DNA of 64,000 nt, taken from contig CALSSD010000010.1 of assembly GCA_943788915.1 (NCBI GenBank), forward strand, positions 434,001-498,000, in the 5' to 3' direction. Position numbers and translations under genes: made by a program. This document shows, one piece after another, positions 20,734-30,328 of this stretch (its first letter is position 1; each line of letters begins with the position of its first letter). Origin of the DNA: an uncultured Acidimicrobiales bacterium. GTDB taxonomy: Bacteria > Actinomycetota > Acidimicrobiia > Acidimicrobiales > UBA10347. The notes under the pieces are model-generated. The model was not told the origin of the DNA. It did no database searches and saw only the letters and a program-made list of their open reading frames with translations.

Positions 20734-21633
20734 CTACTTCTTAAGAAGGCGGTGAAGGGTTGGTTCGAGCTCAGGGTCTTCGAAGGTAAAGCCTGCGTTG
20801 GTCAGAACCGAGGGCATCCCCTTCTGGCTGGCCAAAATCAGTTGCTCGACGAGCTCGCTTCCAAATAACAACTTAGGCCCGAACAACGGGACCGGAACCA
20901 ACGTTGGGCGTTTCAGCACAGACCCGAGCGCCTTGGTGAACTCGAGGTTGGTGACAGGGTTTGGTGCACACAGATTGACTGGGCCAGCGATGTCGTTTGT
21001 GATCATGAACTCGAGAGCACGAACTTCGTCGGTGAGAGAGATCCAGCTGAGCCATTGCGTTCCGGGACCGAAACGCCCGCCAAGTCCGAGTTTGAATAAC
21101 AGCAGTTGTTTCTTGAGCGTGCCGCCCTGATCGCTCATGACCACACTTGTTCGGGCGAGGGCAGTGCGAATGCCAGCGTCGGAAGCAGGAGCGGTGGCTG
21201 CTTCCCACTCAACACAAACGTCGGCCAGAAAGCCAGTTCCGGCAGGGTCGGCTTCGGTCAGAACCGAGTCACCCTGGCTGCCGTAGTAGCCGATGCCGCT
21301 ACCGCTGACGAACACGGAAGGTTTGGCGGAGAGCCCAGCGAGGGCGGTGGCGAGCACCGAGGTGCCCTCGGTCCGGCTATCCCGAATGACCTTTTTTCGG
21401 TCGTCGGTCCACCTCTTGTCGCCAATGCCTGCACCAGCGAGATGTACCACGGCGTCTATGCCTTCGAGGCTGGCTGCGTCGATGGTGCCGCCCGCGGGAT
21501 CCCATTGGATCTCGTCGGCACCTGCCTTTGCAGCCCGTCGGACCAGAGCGATTGGTCGGTGCCCTTGTGATGTGAGCGATGCAGAGAGCGCGGTGCCAAT
21601 CAGGCCTGACGCTCCAGTGATAGCGATATCCAT
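20734..21633 (-). CDS. TIGR01777 family NAD-dependent epimerase/oxidoreductase
   Basis: TGASGLIG, HLAGAGIGDKRWT, GFLADVCVEWE, GPVNLCAPNPV. Confidence 0.92.
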   Translation of the reverse strand: MDIAITGASGLIGTALSASLTSQGHRPIALVRRAAKAGADEIQWDPAGGTIDAASLEGIDAVVHLAGAGIGDKRWTDDRKKVIRDSRTEGTSVLATALAGLSAKPSVFVSGSGIGYYGSQGDSVLTEADPAGTGFLADVCVEWEAATAPASDAGIRTALARTSVVMSDQGGTLKKQLLLFKLGLGGRFGPGTQWLSWISLTDEVRALEFMITNDIAGPVNLCAPNPVTNLEFTKALGSVLKRPTLVPVPLFGPKLLFGSELVEQLILASQKGMPSVLTNAGFTFEDPELEPTLHRLLKK

Positions 21634-21708
21634 GCTCCCATCGTCTCAGGTCTCAGGGGTCCATGCGTGGTTGTTCCGCACCTGGCTCGGAGCGGAGCCC
21701 TGTGGCGG

Positions 21709-23055
21709 TCAGAGACCGAGGCGCTGGCTGAGGTCCGAACAAAAGCGGCGCTCGGGGTCGACCGAGGCGCGAACTGCAGAAAATTCGGCCCGTCTGGGGT
21801 ACATCTGATCGAAGAGTTCGCGCTCCATACGGGCATCTTTGGCAAGGTAGATCCGTCCGCCTGCGTCGGCCACGATGCGGTCAAGCGCTCCGAGGCCATT
21901 GAGCGCTTTCGCTGTGGCGGGAAGATCGACAGCCACTGTCCAGCCGGGCGCTGGGAACGACAGTGGCGATTGGTTGCCAGGACCGAAACGTTTCAGCACG
22001 GTGAAGAACGAGGGAAGGTCGCCAAGCCGATCGACCAGTTCATACAGCGACGGTGTTGCCGAGTCAGGGACAACACACTGCCATTGCACGAAGCCGGTGT
22101 TGCCGTAGACCCGGTTCCAGTCGGTAATCGCATCGAGTGGATGGAAGAACGCGGTGATCGATTCGGCGGTGACCGTGGGTTGCGCCGGTGCCTTGCGCCA
22201 CCACAGTTCGTTGAATGCCTTGACCGCTGGGGTGATCGCGACTCGAGGGAACGGCACCCGTGGTAGGCCAATGCTGGTGGTAAGTGGTTGGCGATACGCG
22301 CCAGCAGCGGTGGCGGCCCCGAGCGTCGCGAGCTGTTCAGGGCGGGCGAAGGACCCTTGGGTGAGAACGGAACGGGCATCGCCGAGCAGGTCAACCCACG
22401 CGACCGAGAAATCATGTTCTTCGTCGCTACGGCGCATCTCGTCGAGAAGGTCGTCGAGGGTCTGAAGTCGTTGGGTCTCGACGGCAACGATCGCGGACGG
22501 GACGGCCAAGAGTTGGATGTCAGCGTCGATGATGACGCCGGTCAGCCCCATGCCCCCGACTGTCGCCCAGAACAGTTCACCGTTGCTAGCGGGGGACAGG
22601 TTAAGGATCTCGTCGCTGGCCAGTCGCATGCGCAGGGAACGCACGTGTTGGCCGAAGCTGCCGGCGACGTGATGATTCTTGCCATGGATGTCAGCAGCGA
22701 TTGCTCCGCCGACGGTCACTTGGCTAGTGCCGGGAGTGACCGGAACGAACCAGCCTTTGGGCGTGTACTTACTGATCAGCTGGCCGATGGTCACGCCGGC
22801 ATCGGCCCGCACGACGCCACTTTCGCGATCGATCCAGCGAACCTGATTGCACTCTGTGGTGACCAAGACCGATCCACCACTCCGTTGCGCTGCATCCCCG
22901 TAACTCCGGCCGAGTCCGCGAGCGATGAGATCACTGGAGGGAAGGTCGGCGGTCGCGAGTTCCCGTGTGGTTGCAGGCAGCAGCGCTGTGCCAGCTGCGC
23001 CGCGGTAGCGACCCCAACCAGTGAAGTGCCGCTCGGTGGATCTCACAGGCCTCAT
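21709..23055 (-). CDS. dprE1: FAD-binding oxidoreductase, DprE1-like
   Basis: TGWGR, ARGLGRSYGD, PVTPGT, DIHGKNHH, FFHPLD, GRIYLAKD, SDLSQRL. Confidence 0.88.
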   Translation of the reverse strand: MRPVRSTERHFTGWGRYRGAAGTALLPATTRELATADLPSSDLIARGLGRSYGDAAQRSGGSVLVTTECNQVRWIDRESGVVRADAGVTIGQLISKYTPKGWFVPVTPGTSQVTVGGAIAADIHGKNHHVAGSFGQHVRSLRMRLASDEILNLSPASNGELFWATVGGMGLTGVIIDADIQLLAVPSAIVAVETQRLQTLDDLLDEMRRSDEEHDFSVAWVDLLGDARSVLTQGSFARPEQLATLGAATAAGAYRQPLTTSIGLPRVPFPRVAITPAVKAFNELWWRKAPAQPTVTAESITAFFHPLDAITDWNRVYGNTGFVQWQCVVPDSATPSLYELVDRLGDLPSFFTVLKRFGPGNQSPLSFPAPGWTVAVDLPATAKALNGLGALDRIVADAGGRIYLAKDARMERELFDQMYPRRAEFSAVRASVDPERRFCSDLSQRLGL

Positions 23056-23921
23056 AAGTACAACCCGATCGAGTACACGATCACCCACGACACCCCAGCA
23101 ACAAGCATCAACAGGTCGCGCGCCATAAGCGCTTCTGGGGTCTCCCCGGCGCCACGCCACGACAGCACGAAGTATCGGCCGATCGCCAGAGCGAACGGAA
23201 CCACCGTGAGTCTGAGTAGGAGCGAGCCGTCGGCGCCAGTAGTCCGATTGTTTGCTTCGGCGGCTGCCCAAGCGGCGTAGCCGCCGACGGCACATGCCGA
23301 TGCTGCAACCGCAACCAGGCGGAGATGGAAGAGCTGATATCCCGCAAGTACTTTGCGGCTTTCGCTGCTGCCTCCGAGCGTGAGTAGTTCGCCCAGTCGT
23401 TTACCCGTGATGACCAACAGTGCGCCGGCAGAGACGACCATAAGGAACCACCCGCTGATTGGCGTGTCGGTTGCGGTGCCGCCGCCCACGGCTCGCACCA
23501 GGAAACCAGCACTCACGGCAAGCAGCTCGACCCAAGGAATCCGTTTGAGCACGGTGCTATACGTCACGCTGATTGCGCCGTACCCGGCGAGCGATGCCGC
23601 GAAATCCCCGCCGAGCGCGACGCTCAGCATCACCGCTGGAATCCCAAGCAGCAACAGGATCGTGATGGCTCGTCCGACACTGACGGCGCCGCTGGCGATC
23701 GGGCGATTCCTCTTTGTCGGATGCAGTCGATCGGCATCGGCGTCGAGGATGTCGTTCACGATGTAACCCGCTGAGGAGACGGCGCAGAACAGGACGAACG
23801 CAAGGACGGTCGATGCCACGATGTCGGCTTCGTCGAGACGACCAGCAGCTCCAGGCGCGGCAAACACCAGCAGGTTCTTGGCGTATTGGTGCGGCCGTAG
23901 CAGCTGGAGAGTTGGTGGCAC
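23052..23921 (-). CDS. Polyprenyl-phosphate phosphoribosyltransferase (UbiA family)
   Basis: LRPHQYAKN, YIVNDILD.DADRLHPTKRNRPIASG, GKRLGE; overlaps dprE1 start. Confidence 0.9.
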   Translation of the reverse strand: MPPTLQLLRPHQYAKNLLVFAAPGAAGRLDEADIVASTVLAFVLFCAVSSAGYIVNDILDADADRLHPTKRNRPIASGAVSVGRAITILLLLGIPAVMLSVALGGDFAASLAGYGAISVTYSTVLKRIPWVELLAVSAGFLVRAVGGGTATDTPISGWFLMVVSAGALLVITGKRLGELLTLGGSSESRKVLAGYQLFHLRLVAVAASACAVGGYAAWAAAEANNRTTGADGSLLLRLTVVPFALAIGRYFVLSWRGAGETPEALMARDLLMLVAGVSWVIVYSIGLYL

Positions 23922-23932
23922 GAGGATAAGGA

Positions 23933-24682
23933 TTAACGTTTGGAGACTTGGCGCCAGACGGTACCTGGCAGGTTCTTCAGCACCAGGCCGATCGGTGCAA
24001 GCACCCCAGGGCTGTGGATAATCGAGCGACCTTTGGCTAGGCCCGCCACAATGTCAGCGGCAACTTCGTCGGGTGTGGTGGCAAAGGGCGCAGACTCCAG
24101 GCCTTCGGTCATGCGGCTGTGCACGAATCCGGGACGAACAACCACAACTTCGACACCGACCTGTTTGGCAGGCGCTGCCAGCTCCCGAGCGAATGCGTCG
24201 AGGCCCGACTTTGCGCTGCCGTACACAATGTTGCCGATGCGGGGCCGCACCGCAGCGATCGACGAGAAGACGATCAGTCGAGCCTGGGGTTCGCCCCGCA
24301 GAATGTTGAGAGAAGCCAAACAACTCGACACAGCACCGCCGAAGTTCACGTTGGCCAGTTCAGCCATGGCCGCCGGATCGGCATCGATACTGAACTCGGC
24401 GCCGAGTTGGCCGAACGCGACCACGACACAATCGAAGGGGCCGTTGGCATCGTTTATCTGCCGAAGTACCGAACTATGGCTGGCGCTGTCGGCACCGTCG
24501 AAGTCTGCGGTTTCGACCTCGAGTTGAACGTACGCGGCGGAGAGAGTCGAAGCTGCCTGGTCTCGTGAACCGCCGGAGCGGCCAGCGAGAACAACGTGTT
24601 GTAGGCCGTCGGCAGCGAGGTGGGCAACGAACGCAGCAGCGATGTCGCTGCCGCCTCCCAAAATCAGTAGTCGTTTAATCAT
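23933..24682 (-). CDS. dprE2: SDR, DprE2-like
   Basis: LGGGSDIA, YGSAK, VRPGFVHSRMT; operonic with UbiA/DprE1. Confidence 0.85.
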   Translation of the reverse strand: MIKRLLILGGGSDIAAAFVAHLAADGLQHVVLAGRSGGSRDQAASTLSAAYVQLEVETADFDGADSASHSSVLRQINDANGPFDCVVVAFGQLGAEFSIDADPAAMAELANVNFGGAVSSCLASLNILRGEPQARLIVFSSIAAVRPRIGNIVYGSAKSGLDAFARELAAPAKQVGVEVVVVRPGFVHSRMTEGLESAPFATTPDEVAADIVAGLAKGRSIIHSPGVLAPIGLVLKNLPGTVWRQVSKR

Positions 24683-24715
24683 GTGTCGTGGCAACAAGGC
24701 TCTAGGCTTGCGCCC

Positions 24716-24802
24716 ATGAGTACTCGTATGCTCATCTTTCTGTCGTTGCTTTGTGGCATCGCCATTCTGGTGGCTTTCACCCTTCAGGTCACGCTGAGCT
24801 GA
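24716..24802 (+). CDS. Putative 28-aa single-TM small protein
   Basis: MSTRMLIFLSLLCGIAILVAFTLQVTLS*, below ORF-track cutoff, co-oriented upstream of lpd. Confidence 0.55.
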   Translation: MSTRMLIFLSLLCGIAILVAFTLQVTLS

Positions 24803-24834
24803 CGCACTTTTTCGCTGGCTAAGCTGTCAGCTAT

Positions 24835-26232
24835 ATGGCTCATCATGATCTCGTTGTCATTGGCGGTGGACCGGCAGGATATGCCGCAGCACTCTATGGA
24901 GCAGGCGCTGGCCTTGACGTCGGCCTTGTCGAGCGACACAAGCTCGGTGGTACGTGTCTCAACGTCGGTTGCATCCCAGCGAAGGAATTGCTCGAAACCG
25001 CAGCGGTGTTCCGCACCATTAGCCACGCCGAGCAGTTCGGCATTACGACTTCGGCCCCGGTCGTGGACTTCGCCAAGAGTCAAGTCCGCAAGCAGTCGAT
25101 CATCGACACGCTGGTTGGCGGGCTCGGGTCGTTGCTAAAGGGCCGCAAGGTCACCGTCTACGACGGCAACGGTTCGCTACAGGCTGATCGCTCCGTTCAG
25201 GTCCGCGGTGGTTCGTCCGGTGACATAGACCTCACCGGAGATCATGTCTTGCTGGCAACCGGTAGTGCACCCCGCACGCTGCCTGGTTTCGATATCGATG
25301 GTTCGATCGTGATGACAAGCGACGAGTTCCTGTCGCTCGACCGCATCCCAGACTCAGCGGCGATCATCGGCGGTGGAGCTATCGGCTGCGAGTTCGCGTC
25401 GATGCTGGTCGACCTCGGCTCCGAGGTGACGTTGCTCGAATACATGCCTCGGCTGATTGCCGGTGCAGATATCGACTGCTCGAAGGTCATCGAACGTTCC
25501 TTCAAGAAGCGGGGCATGGCCATCAAGACTGGCATCGCGGTAACAGGCCACGAGCTGCAACCCGCGGGCGGCACTCGGGTGTCGTTCGGCGAAGGCGAAA
25601 CCGTCGATGCAGAGATCGTGGTCATGAGCATCGGACGTGCGCCCGTGACTCACGGTCTGGGATTAGCCGCAACAAATGTGCAGGTCGACGGCCGTGGATT
25701 CATCGTTGTCGATGAGAACTTGCGCACCGCCGAGCCCAATGTGTTCGCTGCAGGCGACGTCGTTGACACCGCTCAACTGGCCCATATCGGTTTTGCCGAA
25801 GGCATGCAGGTAATCAAGCAGATCCTGGGCGAGCCAGCATCGCCAATCGACTACAACACCGTGCCATGGTGCATCTATACGCACCCAGAAGTCGCCTTCG
25901 CTGGCATGACCGAAGAGCAGGCCAAAGAAGCGGGATTCGATGTGGTCGTCGACAAGCACCGATTCGCTGGCAACGGCCGGGCCATGATTGTTGGCGAAAC
26001 CGAAGGCCTGGTGAAAATCATCGCAGAGAAGAACGCCGCCGGTCACGGCGGCCGCATCCTTGGTGTTCATATGGCTGGCCCATGGGTCACCGAACAACTT
26101 GGTCAGGGTTACTTGGCTGTGAACTGGGAGGCGACCGTCGACGAGATCGCTGCCTTCATCCAGCCCCACCCGACCATTAGCGAGACCTTCGGCGAGACCA
26201 TCATGGCGCTCACCGGTCGCGGCCTCCACTAA
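24835..26232 (+). CDS. lpdA: Dihydrolipoyl dehydrogenase (E3)
   Basis: GGGPAGY, GGTCLNVGCIP redox disulfide, GGGAIG, HPTISE. Confidence 0.95.
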   Translation: MAHHDLVVIGGGPAGYAAALYGAGAGLDVGLVERHKLGGTCLNVGCIPAKELLETAAVFRTISHAEQFGITTSAPVVDFAKSQVRKQSIIDTLVGGLGSLLKGRKVTVYDGNGSLQADRSVQVRGGSSGDIDLTGDHVLLATGSAPRTLPGFDIDGSIVMTSDEFLSLDRIPDSAAIIGGGAIGCEFASMLVDLGSEVTLLEYMPRLIAGADIDCSKVIERSFKKRGMAIKTGIAVTGHELQPAGGTRVSFGEGETVDAEIVVMSIGRAPVTHGLGLAATNVQVDGRGFIVVDENLRTAEPNVFAAGDVVDTAQLAHIGFAEGMQVIKQILGEPASPIDYNTVPWCIYTHPEVAFAGMTEEQAKEAGFDVVVDKHRFAGNGRAMIVGETEGLVKIIAEKNAAGHGGRILGVHMAGPWVTEQLGQGYLAVNWEATVDEIAAFIQPHPTISETFGETIMALTGRGLH

Positions 26233-26266
26233 TCCTCCACACTTCAGCAAAAGAGAGATCGCAGTC

Positions 26267-27682
26267 ATGGCAGACGTAACGATGCCCCAGCTCGGTGAGA
26301 CCGTCACCGAAGGCACCATCACCCGTTGGTTCAAACAACCCGGCGAGGAAGTCGCATTAGACGAAGTCCTCTTCGAGGTGTCCACCGACAAGGTCGACAG
26401 CGAGGTCCCGTCGCCAGCCGCTGGCACCTTGACCGAGATCATCGTGGCCGAAGGCGAAACCGTTGATGTCGGCGTCGTCCTGGCAGTTATTGGTGACGGC
26501 GCTGCAGCGCCAGCACCGGCGCCAGTCGCGCCCGCTCCCGCAGCGGCACCAGAGCCCGCTCCAGCCCCAACACCAGCACCAGTACCGGCCCCGGCACCTG
26601 TGGCAGCTCCGACTCCGGCACCTGTGGCAGCTCCGACTCCGGCACCCGTAGCTGCGTCGCCCGCGCCTGTGGCAGCTCCGGCGACCGCCGGTGTCTTACT
26701 ATCACCGGTGGTCCGACGGTTGATCACTGAGAACAACCTCGATGTCGCCACCATTTCCGGCACCGGTGTTGGCGGACGGATTACCCGAGCCGATGTCGAA
26801 TCTGCCATCGCCGTTGGCAGCGCTCCTGCTCCTGCTCCAGCGCCCGCCGCTGTCCCTGCTCCAGCGCCCGCCGCTGTCCCTGCTCCAGCGCCCGCCGCTT
26901 CGCCGGTTCCTGCTCCAGCGCCGGCAGAACAGCTCGAGGCTGTTGTTGCGCCGTTGCCGGTACACGCTCGCGACACGATCGTCCCCCTCAACCGCATCCG
27001 CCAGACGACCGCCGACTACATGGTGCAGTCCAAGCAGGTTTCGCCCCACGTCCTCACCGCGATCGAGGTTGATTTCGAGAACGTCGAGCGAGTGCGACAG
27101 GCAAACAAGGCTGAGTTCAAGTCACATGAGGGCTTCAGCCTGACGTACCTGCCGTTTATCAGTCGGGCGCTGATCGACGCTTTGGTTGACTTCCCTCACA
27201 TGAACGCGTCCATGAGTGGCGGCAACCTCATCGTGCATGGTGCGGTGAACCTGGCGATTGCGGTTGACCTCAACTTCGAAGGTCTGCTGGCTCCTGTCAT
27301 TCGGAACGCCGACGGCATGCGGATGCGGGCAATCGCCCGAAACGTCGTCGATTTGGCAACACGAGCGCGAGCCAAGAAGCTCACGGCCGACGAAATCACT
27401 GGCGGAACCTTCACCATTACGAACCCCGGCCAGTACGGCACGATGATGCAATTCCCGATCATCAATCAGCCCCAGGTCGCGATCCTGTCGACCGACGGCA
27501 TCAGCCGCAAGCCTGTCGTGGTCAAGGACGAATTCGGAAACGAAACGGTCGGTATCCACTCGGTCGGCGTGCTCGCCCTCGCGTGGGACCATCGAGCGTT
27601 CGATGGGGCCTACGCCGCTGCATTCCTCAATCGTCTTCGCACGATCATCGAAACCAAGGACTGGGAAGCAGAACTCCAGTAG
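26267..27682 (+). CDS. Dihydrolipoamide acyltransferase (E2) with one lipoyl domain
   Basis: STDKVDSE lipoyl site, PA-rich linker, E3-binding GTGVGGRITRADV, DHRAFDG. Confidence 0.95.
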   Translation: MADVTMPQLGETVTEGTITRWFKQPGEEVALDEVLFEVSTDKVDSEVPSPAAGTLTEIIVAEGETVDVGVVLAVIGDGAAAPAPAPVAPAPAAAPEPAPAPTPAPVPAPAPVAAPTPAPVAAPTPAPVAASPAPVAAPATAGVLLSPVVRRLITENNLDVATISGTGVGGRITRADVESAIAVGSAPAPAPAPAAVPAPAPAAVPAPAPAASPVPAPAPAEQLEAVVAPLPVHARDTIVPLNRIRQTTADYMVQSKQVSPHVLTAIEVDFENVERVRQANKAEFKSHEGFSLTYLPFISRALIDALVDFPHMNASMSGGNLIVHGAVNLAIAVDLNFEGLLAPVIRNADGMRMRAIARNVVDLATRARAKKLTADEITGGTFTITNPGQYGTMMQFPIINQPQVAILSTDGISRKPVVVKDEFGNETVGIHSVGVLALAWDHRAFDGAYAAAFLNRLRTIIETKDWEAELQ

Positions 27683-29369
27683 TGACAGATCCCGACGGGC
27701 AGCAGGCCCTTCATGTGCGCTGGCTCGGCCGAGTCCACTACGACGAGGCCTACGCGCTGCAACAACAGTTGCAGCGCGGCCACCGTGATCACCTGCTGTT
27801 GGTCGAACACCCACCCGTGTTCACGCTCGGACGCAGTGCCGACCCGGCGAACATCGTGGTAGATCCCTCCGAAGTCGGAGCGATCGTGCGCCACGTAGAC
27901 CGCGGCGGCGACGTAACGATCCATGCACCGGGGCAGTTGGTTGGTTATCCAATCGTGACCGTGCCCGGACGTGGCGGTGGCTTGGCTGATACCGCCAAGT
28001 TCGTTGCCTCAATCGAGGATCTGCTCATCGAAGCTCTGGCCGACCTGGGACTGCCAGGTGCTGCTCGTTACCCGGGGTACACCGGTGTCTGGCTCGACCC
28101 TGAGACTCCAGATGCCCGCAAGATCGCTGCCATTGGCGTACGGATAAAGCGCAGCCGATCACTCCATGGCTTCGCGCTGAATGTCGACATCGACCACGAC
28201 TGGTTCGACCGGCTCGTGCCATGTGGAATCGCAGATAAGGCCGTGACCTCGCTGAAGGCCGAAGGCATCGATGCTTCTATGCACCACGTCGTCGACGCCA
28301 TCTCTGCTCGGGCAGCTGGGCGATGGGGCACCGACACTGTCGACCGGGCTGATGTGGCATGGCGTCATGTCCCCGAGGACCTGAGCGCGTTCTCTCGGGG
28401 CGAAGGGCCGGGCGACACGCCACGGGTCGGACAGCCCGCGGCTGAGAAGCCCAGGGGCACGCCAGTGCGTCTTCTGGGTCGGTTGGCCGACGCCGGCGTC
28501 GACCAGAGTCTCGACGTGACTGCGCCCAAACCTGACTGGATGCGGGTGAAGGCGAACATGGGTCCCGAATACACCCGACTCAAGGGCATCATGCGTGACC
28601 TCGAACTGGTCACGGTGTGTGAAGAAGCTGGTTGCCCCAACATCTTCGAATGCTGGAACGATGGCACGGCAACGTTCATGATCAATGGCGAACGTTGCAC
28701 CCGGGCCTGTGGTTTCTGCTTGGTCGACACTCGTAAACCTGAGCCGCTCGATCTCGACGAGCCGCGTCGGGTCGCTGAAGCCGTCGAGAAGCTCGGCCTG
28801 GAATACGCCGTGATCACCACGGTGGCGCGAGATGATCTGGCCGACGACGGTGCAAGCGGTTTCACCCGCACAGTCGCGGCTATCCGGGATCGAGTTCCGC
28901 AGTGCAAGGTCGAACTGTTGATCAGCGACTGCAGAGGCCATGCGCGTCCTCGCTTGATGAGATCTTTGCAACCCGGCCCGAAGTACTCAACCACAACATC
29001 GAATCGGTGGCTCGACTGCAGCGAGCAGTTCGGCCATCGGCAGGTTATGCACGGTCGCTGGCAGTGCTAGCTCGAGCATCCGCTGCAGGCCTGACCACCA
29101 AGTCGTCCATCATCGTCGGCATGGGCGAGACCTTCGACGAGGTCGTTGGCACGCTTGCTGACCTGGCCGGTATCGGGGTGAACATCGTGACCATTGGGCA
29201 ATATCTGCGGCCAACGACCAATCATTTGCCGATTCATCGGTGGTGGACTCCCGACGAGTTTGCCGAACTGAAACGACTTGGCGAAGCCATGGGCATTGAC
29301 CATGTCGAGTCATCCCCGCTGACCCGCAGTAGCTATCACGCTCGGCAAGCCGAAGCTGCTGCGACCTGA
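27682..29369 (+). CDS. lipA: Fused lipoyl(octanoyl) transferase LipB + lipoyl synthase LipA (apparent frameshift near 28945)
   Basis: LVEHPPVFTLG, RGGDVT, KIAAIG, HGFALN, PCG (LipB); CEEAGCPNIFEC and CTRACGFC (LipA); NHNIE, GQYLRP, RSSYHA continue in a shifted frame. Confidence 0.9.
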
Positions 29370-29455
29370 ACGGAAACGACTGCCTGTCGTTACCAATCAG
29401 CTATCACCCGATCGGGGCCGACGTGCTTCGACAGCACGTTGCGCATCTCTCGCCA

Positions 29456-29645
29456 TCAGACGCGGCATCTCACGCGGCGTACGACCATGTCAGCGCGAGT
29501 GTTGATGAATCCTGGCGCATTATCGATGGCTGCGTCGTCACCGGGTATGACTGGAATGTGGGACTCGTCGTAGGACGTGGGCGCGCCGCTTTGGACGTCG
29601 ATCACGATCAGTACTGGGGTTGCCTTCGGTCAGAGCCCGTGGCGT
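29456..29645 (-). pseudogene. Decayed isochorismatase/cysteine-hydrolase family gene fragment
   Basis: GAAAGG RBS-like then ACG-PRALTEGN/(frameshift in C4)/PVLIVIDVQSG..., stop after ~60 codons. Confidence 0.55.
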
Positions 29646-29659
29646 AGCGCCTTTCTTCG

Positions 29660-30139
29660 CTAGACGGTTGCGAGCGGTGCGACAACCGCCCCCAGCGACT
29701 CGATAAGGGCTGCAGGGCTGAGCCCGATGTCAAAGCCCCGCTGACCACCGCTCACGTAGATGGTCTCGCATATTTCGGCGGTTTCGTCGATGAAAGTACG
29801 CAGCCCGCGCTTCTGGCCGAAGGGGCTGATCCCGCCGGCCACGTAACCGCTTGATCGTTCGGCATGTGCGACGACGGCCATGCGTGCTCGTTTGCCCCCG
29901 GCTGCGCGAGCCAGGGCCTTCAGATCGAGTTTGTGGGTCACCGGCACGATGGCAACAACGAGCTCGCCTCGGTCGTCGTCGAGTCGGGCCATGAGTGTCT
30001 TGAACACGACGTCTGGGTCAAGACCAAGTTTTTCGGCTGCTTCGATGCCGAACGATGCAGCGCCCGGGTCATGGTCATAGGGATGTGCTTGGTAGGTGAT
30101 GTCGTGTGATTCCAAGAACACCGTTGCGGGAGTCTGCAC
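29660..30139 (-). CDS. ybaK: Cys-tRNA(Pro) deacylase
   Basis: TPAT, VFKTL, LDLKALA, GYVAGGISPFGQK, SGGQRG. Confidence 0.93.
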   Translation of the reverse strand: MQTPATVFLESHDITYQAHPYDHDPGAASFGIEAAEKLGLDPDVVFKTLMARLDDDRGELVVAIVPVTHKLDLKALARAAGGKRARMAVVAHAERSSGYVAGGISPFGQKRGLRTFIDETAEICETIYVSGGQRGFDIGLSPAALIESLGAVVAPLATV

Positions 30140-30328
30140 TCCAGCGAAGTTATCGTTCTTGAGCGACTGATCACAGCGCTTAACAGTCAAAAAACCGCAC
30201 CAAGAAACGGCGACGGGCGGCGATCCGGTCATGGCTCGCCGGTCGGACCTGAACACGGCTCATCTCGCAACTGAGCCGTGTCGCTACCATCACGCCGTGG
30301 TGAAGACGACACATGGCTGAAGTGCGAG

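Noticed and set aside
26500..26930. Tandem 21-24 bp repeats in E2
   Set aside because: Ordinary Pro/Ala flexible linkers of E2 subunits
25663..27814. Long antisense ORFs over lpd/E2
   Set aside because: Antisense shadows typical of high-GC coding DNA
29423..29647. 74-aa plus-strand ORF
   Set aside because: No recognisable motif; the opposite strand carries the isochorismatase-like remnant
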